DNA from: Obrimoposthia wandeli
Lineage: Eukaryota
Reading direction: 5' to 3'
NCBI GenBank assembly: GCA_977020255.1
Contig: CDROCS010001566.1
Span: 62,001 to 126,000, forward strand
DNA length: 64,000 nt
Shown: positions 1 to 10,811 of the stretch, one piece after another
How the letters are laid out: each line of letters opens with the position of its first letter
Numbering within the stretch: the stretch's first letter is position 1
Translations under genes and position numbers: made by a program
The notes under the pieces: model-generated
What the model was told of the DNA's origin: nothing
Seen by the model: the letters and a program-made list of their open reading frames with translations, nothing else
Databases searched by the model: none

Positions 1-2
1 AC

Positions 3-52
3 CTCATGATGACCTTAAATGACCTTGATCTCATGATGACCTTAAATGACCT
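3..52. repeat. Short tandem duplication (CTCATGATGACCTTAAATGACCT x2) next to a Polinton TIR segment
   Basis: Two identical 23-mers at 3-25 and 30-52. Confidence 0.85.
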
Positions 53-270
53 TTAAAAGCGTGCATGTGTGTGGAGTGAAATTTCGTATAGGTGTATAGA
101 AAAATTTTCTACCCCCCCCTCCCAAACACTCAAAAAAATAATTAACTCTATATAACACCCTTTAAATTTAAAAATCTCATAATGCTCCCAAAATTTTGAT
201 TAAGGTCCTGAGAGGTCAAAACATTAGAGGAGAGGGGGTGTGTGGATTAGACCGGACACATCCACCTACT
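50..270. repeat. Polinton TIR-derived segment: subterminal module plus inverted terminal 30-mer
   Basis: 50-95 matches 27973-28015. 50-215 matches the reverse complement of about 42455-42628. 241-270 is the exact reverse complement of 27841-27870 (AGTAGGTGGATGTGTCCGGTCTAATCCACA). Confidence 0.9.
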
Positions 271-352
271 TACATTCATTCTATCATCACTATCATCCTC
301 TCAAAAGTAAGTATTTTTAAAATTTATTTTATATTTAATGAATTTATTTTAT

Positions 353-594
353 ATGACGAAAATTATATTCACGAGAAACGGATCGCAAAAGTGGACCATG
401 AAGGGTCCTGTAGATGATGTGGACGATGTCGACTTGGATGCCCCACCGGTTGAAAAAGGTAAATTTTGTTGTTTTTAAAAAATGTAATTTTAATTTAACA
501 ATGATTAGTGCCACAGCGCCAATTTCTATTGCGCCATGGATGTCAAAAACAAATGATGATGATTGAAAAACGCCAAATGACAAGAAAAGCATAA
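353..594 (+). CDS. Putative small spliced ORF of relic 1 (candidate intron 459-508)
   Basis: ATG at 353, open to GAAAAAG|GTAAAT. A 50-nt AT-rich GT..AG stretch follows and the frame continues to TAA. An alternative acceptor exists at 516. Confidence 0.3.
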
Positions 595-759
595 GGAAAC
601 AAAAGTAGAAGAAGAATGCTAAAGTTTTTAATGTCTTCTGAGCAATCTGCTCTGTCTCCACGTCTTCCTTCTACTTCTTCTTCTTCTGTTTTGTCTCCTT
701 ATTCAACTAATTAAAATAACATTTTTAGGATATTAACGACATAAATGATAATTATCCCG

Positions 760-812
760 ACTGCGACAGCTGCCGGTAACGCAGGGCAGTCTAACTCTTG
801 GAATGGGGTCGT
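760..812 (+). ncRNA. Candidate structured RNA / cis element, copy 1
   Basis: GC-rich 53-mer repeated at 5436-5489 with 5 substitutions and 1 indel, all compatible with one pairing model. Confidence 0.45.
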
Positions 813-1541
813 AAGTCAAATAAATCAAGAGGTTACCCCTTACTTTTTAAACCAGGGACACCTGTTGGGTCCCCTGTAAATTCACTAGACAATTTTATTG
901 TAAACGAAATATACTCGGGTTTTGAAAATATCCTATTTAAAAAATATTTTAATCAACTTAAGAAAGTTAAAAATCAAAATATTGATTTAAGTAAACTAAA
1001 AACAAACGGTAAGCGCGGTAAATGATTTCGACAGAAACTACTTAAGTTGAGAAAATTGCCAGCTGATATAACAAGATTTGCAAATTTAGTAGGATCTTGC
1101 AAACCCATTATTATTAGTCCAGGTCTGAAAATTACAGATCTAGCAAATAAATTATATGAAGTCTTTGGGACTGACCAAATTTATTTTAACCGTAACGGTA
1201 TGCCCTTTGAAAAGGAAGCTGTAATAGGCAATGTTTTACATAATGGGGCTATTATCCATGGATACCCTAAAAGTCGTGGAGGAAGTAACTTATGTACATT
1301 GTACAAGAATTACACTAACGTTAATCATGGAATCGAAAGTGTTAGTGTAATGCTTAAATATTATAAATTTAAAAACGGTTTTATTTGTCCTCAATGTGAT
1401 GTGTTATATTGTATTGATTATCATACATTTTATAATGATCATAAGGATCATCTAACGTATTTCCAGTCGAAAAATTCAGCATATAAACGTAAAGTAATGA
1501 GCGTATCAACAATAATCAACAAAAAAATAGTAAAAAAATAA
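798..1541 (+). pseudogene. Ubiquitin-like domain (ends RGG) + B-box-like zinc finger ORF; ORFs 798-1025 and 1047-1541 are in one frame split by TGA 1023-1025
   Basis: IIISPGLKITDLANKLYEVFGTDQIYFNRNGMPFEKEAVIGNVLHNGAIIHGYPKSRGG aligns to the ubiquitin pattern. ICPQCDVLYCIDYHTFYNDHKDH fits CxxCx4CxxC...HxxH with one C>Y change. Confidence 0.6.
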
Positions 1542-1559
1542 TATTTTATCAAATTCGAA

Positions 1560-4500
1560 CATTAATAATTTTGATGAAGAGTTTGATGTGGTAGACTCGC
1601 GGGAACCGGATAGTGTTGTAGAAATTATTACTAATCCTGAAGTTGTAATTAATGAACCTTTAAGCCCTTATCAAATTACTAATGAAATCATAAATAATAA
1701 TAATATTGATGAACGTTTAGACCAGGACGAGTTTATAACAGAAAATGATATTTTCTACTAGCTCCTAACTATTAGGGATGATGACTTTGATATTATTGTT
1801 ACAATTAATTCAGATAATACTTAAAACTTTTAACAATCAAATAGGAGGTGCAATTCAATCAAAACTTGTTTTCGTTGTTAGTGGGTTAAACATGCTTAAG
1901 CTATTCATAACAATACTATGCTAACTGAACTTATTAGCAGTATAGATATGTTTGGTCCCTGTAAAATACAGTTTGGTGTTGAAACCGAATTTGTCAATAA
2001 TAATATTTCTGAACAAGATTTTATCCCAACAAGAACAGTTGAGCTCAACAATAAAATTGAAATTTATAAAGATATGAGCTCGGGATGGTCAGTATTTAAA
2101 ATACTGTTGGTATCCTTTATATTTACTGCACTGTCAAGCGTAGCAGGATCATCATTTATAAAAACCCCTGTTGCACTTGCTAAAACATTATCTATAGTAA
2201 ACGTAAATAATACTGATGATCAGTGTTTTAAATACGCTGTTCTCAGTATCCTACACTATAAAGATCACAATCCAAACAGACATAGAGTTGAAAACTATAA
2301 TGATTATTTAAATGAGCTAATGTGCGAGCCTGGTCCTATGAGGATAGACTGCATCAAGGCGTTTGAAAAACTCAATAATATTGAGATAACAGTATTCCTC
2401 TATAAACCTACAAAGGTAGTCAAAGGTCATCAAGTAGTCATCTAGTGTTTAAAAACCCAGATGTTAACGTTATTTATAGAACAAGTCTTAAGCAGTACGA
2501 AAAAGTAGTGAACTTGTTGCTGTTGGAATATAACGGTAATTATCACTATACAGGGATTACAAACCTGAATAAACTTTTAAATACTCAAAAATATAATGTA
2601 CGTCTCTTTTGGTATGATAAATATTTTTTCGGTTTTCAAACCACGGTCTCATATGACAAACACAGGGCACATTGTAATATTAATACAGATTTAACAACCT
2701 TGTTTACAATGCCTAAAGAGATCAAGTGTCGGTTTACTGATTGATCTAAATCTGTTGCGCCACCATTTGTTGTCTATGCCGTCTTTGAGTCAATACTCGA
2801 GCCGCATAATACTTTCAAACACATTCACAAAGAAATATCTATAGGGATGATTTTGAAAAACAACACTAATAACCCAATAAAATACTTCAGTTATTACGGT
2901 CTGCAGTGTGCTAAAACCTTTGTAGATAAATTATCTAAGTTGATAAATTGTGAAGTTTCAGATTTTTGGATAAATAGTATTAATGTTCCCATGTCTTTTA
3001 TTAATAATGTCATGTTGAACTTTAGAGATTGTACTAATTGCTATATATGTAAAAAATTAAACGATCACATGATTAGAGATCATGATCATATCACGGATAA
3101 ATACTTGGGTGCGGCATGCAACAAATGCAATTTAAATCGCAAGTTTGCCCAGAGACCAGTTTTACCTGTGGTGTTTCATAACCTCATGGGTTATGATATA
3201 AATTATATTTTAAAATATTCTGACTTAAAAGGTAAATCCTTTTTAATTATCCATAAATCAAGTGAAAGGTTCATATCCCTCCGTATAGAGATGAAGAGAG
3301 GGACATTGAAATTCATTGATTCATACCTTTTACAACGTCAAGTCTGGAATCCTTAGTTTCATACTTGCCAAGTTGTCCTTATACTACATAATACCTAAAC
3401 CCTAATATTGCAGCAAGTAAGGTGGTATTTCCATATAAATATATCAGTGGCGTTGATAGGCTTATGGAGAATCAGTTACCTGCTAAATCTGAATTTACAT
3501 CCCGAATCACTGATCAACAATATAATGAAGCCCTAAGGATGTGGACCGTATTAGGGTGTAATACTATTAAAGACTACAAGCTCGAGTATATGAACCTTGA
3601 CGTGTATTTGTTATGTGATGTTTTTGAGGCCTTTAGACAGAAAGTAAGGGATGATGATAGTATCCTCGGTTTCAGTTGGGCTAGTGCATTAAAAACGTTA
3701 GAGTATGACGTATATTTATTTCATGATCCCAAAATGTATAACATGTTTGAGGCAGGGATCCGGGGTGGGATGACTTTCATCAATAAACAATACGTTAAAA
3801 CAACAGATGAAACTTACTCCTATACATTAACACCAATAACCTATATGGCTGAGCCTTGAGTCAACCGTTACCACATACAGATTTTACATGTGTATATGAC
3901 AGTTTTGAAGCGATAATTGAGCTTATAACTGAGAGGGATATTCACAGTAATAGGCAGAACTTAAATCTTAAAGAACATGGATACTTGTTGGAGGTTGATT
4001 TACACATACCCATCCTTATCCATGATACACTTGATGACTTACCGATTGTGCCTAATAGAGAAATCTCTCCCGGCTCAAAAGCTATAACAATAAGTACATC
4101 ATACACTCACAACTACTCAGAGGGTACTACTGCCTTTGATAAAGAGCTTTATAAACTCAAAAAAGAACTCAGAATATGGTAAGACGGTAGAAAATCTTAA
4201 AAAACGTAAATATATTCGTTTTACCAAGAATGGCCGGTAGTTCACTGAACTTGTTTCAAGCCCTTGGTTTAAGAAGCATACCCAAATAACTGACAGTCTC
4301 AATCTTTTATTTATGCAGAAGAAAGAGATTTGTCTGGATCGGTCCTCATATATTGGTCAAGCTGTGTTGGACTTATCTAAACTACATATGTACCAACTAC
4401 AGTACAGTGAGCTTGACTGGTATCGTAAGTAATATCATTGTGATATCAACATAGTTGCGATGAATACAGACTCGTTTTACTTAGAGGGTAAGCATGTAGA

Positions 4501-4915
4501 TAAAGATGTCCTCTTAAAACAAATGATTAAAGATCACATGTTAGATACCAGTTATTACCCACTAACACATGAATTATTTAACTATTCTCATTGAAATGTG
4601 ATTGGAAAGTTTAAGTTGAAACCAAGGGGACAGTGCTTTATGATGAATGGGTATTTCTGAAACCTAAATGCTACTCCTTAAAACGAGTATGAGTGCAAAG
4701 GGTATATCCCTTAAACAAACCGATATCAGCATTAAATCAAGTTTTATATCGAGGATGAAATTATAACTGCCGGTCAGACGCGTAATCATCAATTATTTAC
4801 ATCGTTTAATGATAAAATTGCGTTAAGGTATTGTGACGATAAAAGGGTTTGGATTGAGAAACACAAATCCGTCGCATATGGACACTATAGTCTAAGATAT
4901 GTGTATAAAATCTAG
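1560..4915 (+). pseudogene. POLB: Protein-primed DNA polymerase B (Polinton), many stops and frameshifts
   Basis: Motifs CFKYAVL, VVYAVFES (Exo I), RDHDHITDKYLGAACNKCN, FHNLMGYD, FIDS, DVYLLCDVFEAFR, GIRGG, YGKTVEN, NTDS, KPKCYS and DDKR...AYGH. An acidic N-terminal extension ends at QIGGA. Confidence 0.95.
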
Positions 4916-5146
4916 AGCAACCTCTTGAAAGTATTGATTAATATCCTTTTTCTTATTGTAATAAACAGTCATTGTATATATCTTTTTAAACGTTAGTATG
5001 TATATTTTTATTGATGTTTATTTTTTAATACACTGTATGTATCATAACCATGTCTTGACTTCTTACTAGCTACTCATTTCATTGGATAATTTCAACAAAT
5101 TATCAATATATATATACACCTTTCAATCAATTTCTCATTATTACAA

Positions 5147-5380
5147 ATGACTACTTCAAAAGAGAAATCGCAAGCTTTCCATGATAACCTGAGTCCAACC
5201 TTGATGGCACAGTATTCTGAAACATACTTTCACGTATTTGTTACACCAGAACATTTTGTCAAAAGGATTGAAGAACTTTATATGTATCACCTGCTTAATG
5301 GAGACTTGGAGCCTAAAGTTGCAACAATCATTAAAGTAGAGGAAAGTATGGATTGTGATGATGAATATAATTATGTATAA
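5147..5380 (+). CDS. Hypothetical 77-aa Polinton accessory protein
   Basis: ATG-initiated ORF preceded by ATTGG (5081) and TATATATA (about 5108), like the other Polinton promoters in this window. Confidence 0.5.
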   Translation: MTTSKEKSQAFHDNLSPTLMAQYSETYFHVFVTPEHFVKRIEELYMYHLLNGDLEPKVATIIKVEESMDCDDEYNYV

Positions 5381-5435
5381 ACATAGACATTTTTACTAGA
5401 CTCCTAATATAAACAATAACCTTTGCAAGATTAAA

Positions 5436-5489
5436 ACTGCGATAGCTGCCCGGTTATGCAGGACAGTCTAACTCCTGGAATGGGGTCGT
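5436..5489 (+). ncRNA. Candidate structured RNA / cis element, copy 2
   Basis: Near-identical to 760-812; lies 55 nt after the stop of ORF 5147-5380. Confidence 0.45.
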
Positions 5490-5752
5490 GGTACTAAGTA
5501 AATTAAATAGTTGTACATAAAATCTTGGGACGGTCAATTGTGTTAAATTTCAAAATTTTAATTTAATTGTTAATTTTTAAAATGTATCTACTGTAATAAA
5601 TTTAAAAATCTACGCAAAATGTTATTTACATACAAAATGTCTACGTTAATTTGAATCACTATGCAAAATTTAACTATATACATAATGTGTACGTAAATTT
5701 AACCTACATCATCGTAATTGGAAGCATAAGACCAATCTGTAGAATTGAATAC

Positions 5753-5912
5753 GTAAAGTGTCGGTTCAAAAACAATAGCACACAAAGCACCCCTCCTAGA
5801 ACAAGAACGAAGAGCAAAGTACATCTGGATGCGCTTAGTCATACATATGTATTTCATTCCTTGTTCTAGGAGGGGTGCTTCGTGTGATTTTAATTTAGAA
5901 CCGACACTTTAC
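5753..5912. mobile_element. MITE-like inverted repeat element (about 160 bp)
   Basis: GTAAAGTGTCGGTTC...AAGCACCCCTCCTAGAACAAG pairs with CTTGTTCTAGGAGGGGTGCTT...GAACCGACACTTTAC. Confidence 0.75.
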
Positions 5913-6989
5913 ACTTCTACTGTTGAATATATTTTAGAAGTGTTTAACTCATCTGAAAAAAAATCAGTAAACAATGTAAGAAAAATACAATTCCTATGAC
6001 GTACAGCTAAATCTTGTTATTTTATAACTGCGATATAGTCATTAGAATTATTATTTAAAATAAAAGAAAGTTTAAGCAAATATTCACAAAACTGGTTCTT
6101 ATTGTTTTTTAAAATCCATTTAAACTTAATCAAAATACAGTATTTTATCATAAATCAAAATGAAGTGACAGTTTCAGATATTGTAAAAACTAAAATAAAA
6201 TTTTATGAAAATTCAATTTTGTTCTCAAATTTTTTAAAATCAGAAAGTTAGCAGGCTTTTGATGTCAAGCATTTAGTTGTAGAAAAATTCCACCGCCAGT
6301 TTTAGCTGAGTGGCTTTGTCTATGGGTATTCTTGGCATCAAATTCATCAATGTTCACTATCTGATCTGTAAACAAAAATTCTTTTAAATATAAGGTAAAT
6401 GAAATGTATATAATAAATTGGAGAAGTCATTACAACATAAATCATAACGAGTCTGCCAACTTTTCAAATCTTCCAAAAAAATATTTCACTTTTTTATAAC
6501 AGAGAACACTTCAATTAATTTTCGGCATATCAAAATATTTTTACTATTATTCAGTACAAATTTATTGTTGTCATTTATTATCAAAAAAAATTAATAATAA
6601 TTTCGGTTTTATGAAAAAGTGAAATTTGAGTTTCGAAGTTATTAAGATCGAAAAATTAAGATTTTGTTGTAATAAAAAACCACCTTTATTTTAACCGTAT
6701 ATTGCAACCATTTATAATATTAAAAAAAAGTCTTATCCAATTATCTACAAAAAAATTATAAATAAATATTATTATAAATATGTTATAACCTCATCATCTG
6801 GCGTAAAATGAAAATGTCTGTCAATAGCATTTTTTTAAAATTTCTAAAATATTGAAATTATACAGTCACATAAAATACTTTCAAGCAATCCTTTTATATG
6901 TTAGAATAAGGAAAGTAAAAAATAAAAAATGAATATATATATATATATATATAGACGAGGAATTTCCTCTCAGTAAAGATTATAAATTA

Positions 6990-8519
6990 AAAAAAAAATT
7001 ATTTAAAAAACTAAGTAATTTAAGACTTTGAAAATGTGTTTCTAAGTTAAGCAAAAATTGTAAAAAAGGCCCTTGGAAAAATAGTATTTTGAACGAAATC
7101 TTCAGTAAACAGGGAAGTACACAATCAGCGACACATTCAGTGAAATTGAATGAAATCGCCAGTAAACAGGGAAGTACATTGCACAAGTCAATATTCAGCT
7201 TTAACTAACAAGTGAGGTACAGTCATCCTAATTGCTCTGCTGATAATAGTCATTATAGTATCGCAGCCACACCCGCTCCATCACGCATTACAGTTGTGCC
7301 GAGGATAAACTGACATCCAGCCGGATACTCCAACCGCGAAGTAATAACCAACCTCCGGCCTTCCACCAGAGTCCCTGCACAGCGGTAATCGCGACAGCAC
7401 ACGGTATAAGCTGTCGGATATCGTCAGACCAGTTGAGAGGATCTCAATCAAGTATATAAAGACGATTGTTATTCATTTCATCGCACAATTTTAGATTGTT
7501 ACAATAATTGTAAGTGGAATTTGAATCAAAACAGATAAGTGGAAACAAAAGCAAGCCAGCCGACGAACGCGTTACACATGTGGAAAATCGGAGCCAATCT
7601 ACGTATTGAAGGATTTCACTGAGAAATTGGTATTTACGGACGTATTAAGAAATTAGCAATTATTGTGTTGAACATAAATTGTTCATTTCGTAATCACAAT
7701 CTTACGATCAATTACTTGAAATTGTCGAGCATAAATGGTTCCGATTGAATTAATCATTTGTTTATTAAAATTATTTAACTAGAATAGCACCAGAGGACAA
7801 TCAGATCCAACTACTTGAGACCGAGACTCGAATAAACAGTCTGTTGAAGCTGAGTATAAGAGGATTTAGAAGAAAAAAGTGTAATTGATAGTTAATTTTC
7901 ATCGGATATTCAGTAAAGGAATAACCTGAATAAATAAGTAAAATCTGAAACCATCTGATTGACTTAAGTCTAGCAACGTATCCTATGACAAAGACAAGAG
8001 AAACCAAGTAGAAATTTTAAGAGTATTGCGGCACTCGGATTAAGTTGTGTAAAGGTTTTGTAAACACATTCAGTTATCTTGTATGATAAAATACATTTGT
8101 TTAACCATAAAACGTACAAGTTATTTTAAATCCACTCCCGATTAAGAACGACTAAGATACTTTTTCAAGGTCGAGACATAATTTGTTAGACACTATCCTA
8201 AGTCCTAATATATTCAAAAGGTTACTGTCAGCGCCGATTAAGTCTGGATTAATGTTGCCTATTTTCTAGTCTTGGCTTTGCTAGACTATTTTTGAATTAA
8301 AATAAAATTCAGCAAAAATAGCTTATTGATTCAGCTCCACACAACACAACAATATGTTTAGTGCATTTTACGTTATTCTATGCACTACTCTTAACACATC
8401 ACGAAAGCCTTCAGAGATTAGCATAGGTAGTCCATGTCCATCTGTAAGCATTATGGCTACAGAAGTCACGTAAGGGGCCTCCGTACGAGGATTCTAAAAG
8501 TTAAAAGAAATCCCCAACA
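6990..8519 (+). repeat. Dispersed ~1.5 kb non-coding repeat family (solo-LTR-like), copy D
   Basis: The 3' block GTAAGC..GCTACAGAA.TCACGT.GGGGCCTCCGTACGAGGATT...CCCCAACA is shared with 47757-47880, 56270-56369 and 58999-59090. Start is approximate. Confidence 0.6.
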
Positions 8520-9112
8520 TAAATATACAATTACACACGCTGTTCTTTCAAAAAGTTTTATTTTAAATTGTGATTGACTAGGCTGGGAACATTGATTTAA
8601 GTAAATATATCAATCTTTGGGGAAATTAATTCCTTACTTTTCCCAATTCTAAATTTTTTTAAAAAATCGAGCTCCACCTCATTAATAGAGACTTATTAAA
8701 ACTTATTTGACATAAATATTTGAATATACAGTGGATACTTGACCACCAAACTCGATATATCTATGTACAATGAAAATATTTGGGTGATTTCAAAGAAACA
8801 TGTAGTAGAAAAAAATTCCTGTTTAATAAGTAGTATAAGAAAAAATCTCCTTATATAATCAATAATTTATGTAAGGTCTATTCCAATGCGAATTCACAAA
8901 CCTATACAACTTCGAAGCCAACAAATGAAATATTAAATATGTTATTAATCCTTTTATTCAATTTTAGATGTAAATAAATTAGTAATTATTTATTTTCTGT
9001 TTATTCCAAGTTACACTAAAATTGCGTTCTTATGATACCGTTATTATTTACGTACTTTTGCATTATGTAATTTTCAATCATTATTACTTATGATGTGACA
9101 TCCCTTAACATT

Positions 9113-9168
9113 GTGTGCGCACAAGCGGGGGGGGGTCAAGTGATCTAGACTCCATCCTTCTACATATT
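9113..9168 (-). repeat. Truncated terminal fragment of the 10812-13279 element family
   Basis: GTGCGCACA..GGGGG..CAAGTG..CTAGACTCCATCCTTCTAC matches 13225-13274. Confidence 0.8.
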
Positions 9169-10049
9169 TTTCTGAATATATTTTTGATGAGAATTGGATA
9201 TTATATGTCATAAATTGTTTACACAAAAGTATTATTTAAACTGCGTTTATTTTGAACGTGATTGTAATTTGATATATTTAATAACTGAACACGTAAATTA
9301 TATACGATATAATTGAATATAAAAAAATATTATTGACAGAAGAAAAAAAATCAGAGAAAATAATTTTGCATTATGATAGGAAATAGAATACTCGGAGGAA
9401 ATGAGCGACGTGTCTACGATAGAGTATAATTTATAAATAATAATGTAAATAAAATATGATAAAAAATTAAAATTGATTAATTTTCATAATTCAAAATTTT
9501 TAGTTATCAATTTCAAAATTTCTTACATTAATCATTTTCTTATGTTTAAATATGTAACAATTAATCATATTTCGATGGTTGAATAGCATATAAAGATAAA
9601 TTTAAACTGGAAATTCATTTTGAAATGAGTGTTAAGCTTTTGTTGTGGAACAATCATTTAAGTTTAAATAATATTGCTACTAAATAAAGTTTTGTCAATA
9701 TAAAGTACATTAAGAAAATATAAGCTAAAGAAATGGGATTTTTTTGTGAAAGTTATTTTGGATTCTATATTCAATAAATAATTGTATTTTTTCTTATAAT
9801 TTTACAATTTAAACAATTTAAATGGTAATACAGTAAGAAACATTATATAATTTATAAATATGAATGAAATTTGATAGTAAATACCGTTATTATTTACGTA
9901 ATTTTGCATTAGGTAATTTTCAAATATAAGAACATCCAAAACATTCTTCTCAGATAAATGATTTTTCATTTAAAGATTTTTTTTTTCAAATGCAAACAAA
10001 ACAAGTAATTTAATCAATTGTATAATTTCAGTAATATCAATTTAAATTA

Positions 10050-10185
10050 AACCAGAACCCCGATTTGAGTAGTTGAAATTTTAAACTGATATTCCTTTTT
10101 GCGTCGTTAAATTTCAATTTTCGTTGTTTCGATTTGCGTCGTGTATTTGCAGTACCAATTAAAGACAGAAATCGGGGTTCTGGTG
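10050..10185. mobile_element. Short MITE related to 16883-17257
   Basis: TIRs CCAGAACCCCGATTT / AAATCGGGGTTCTGG; internal TTGCGTCG motifs shared with the longer copy. Confidence 0.65.
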
Positions 10186-10811
10186 GAACTATATTCAAGC
10201 TCAATTTAATTGTAAAAAATAAAGAGCATATATATATATATATTAATAGCTGTTTCTCTACTAAAATATATTTGAAAATTTTCAATATGTGTTAATGAAA
10301 TCTTACTGTTACTCTTTAATTTCATTACCTTAATACTAAGAGCACAAACATTCCAACCTACTAGAAACGCTGAATGCATAAATAAACACAAAAATACTAA
10401 ATAGCCATCAACATAATTAAATTCATTTTTAAAGTTAATAAATTACATGACATAGATCAGTTAATAGATTAACAGAAAAATTAAATTTCATTGTAAACCG
10501 AAATGAATTCAAAATACTAAATACTATTAAAATTTTATTCTGTATCTACGTCATGGCGATACACGTGTTTCTGCTTAATGTCTCAATGAAATTAATAGAA
10601 CACTTGTATGAAAAAAAGTTATAAGGTTACAACAGACAGTCTTTTACTAATAAAGAACTGGCAGAACCTTTTCTACAAAAGCGTATTACAATCACTGTGA
10701 ACTTGCTCCAATAAAAAAGTTTGACCGTAATGACTCACAATTCTTTCAGTATGATCATTTGTATCTAACACAGTATCAAATGAATTCTTATAAAGTTGTA
10801 CATATACTCTC

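Larger units (their letters stand above)
350..5500 (+). mobile_element. Degraded Polinton/Maverick relic 1 (pPolB arm)
   Basis: Fragmented pPolB at 1560-4915 flanked by small ORFs. No capsid or integrase genes seen. Boundaries approximate. Confidence 0.85.

Noticed and set aside
760-812. Assignment to HDV-like, twister or hammerhead ribozyme classes
   Set aside because: Catalytic consensus elements (J4/2 C, twister L4/L1 motifs, CUGAUGA/GAAA) are absent on both strands; kept only as an unclassified motif
5651-5869. 72-aa ORF
   Set aside because: Runs through a MITE inverted repeat in AT-rich DNA; most other short ORF-track entries in AT-rich or TE regions were dismissed for the same reason
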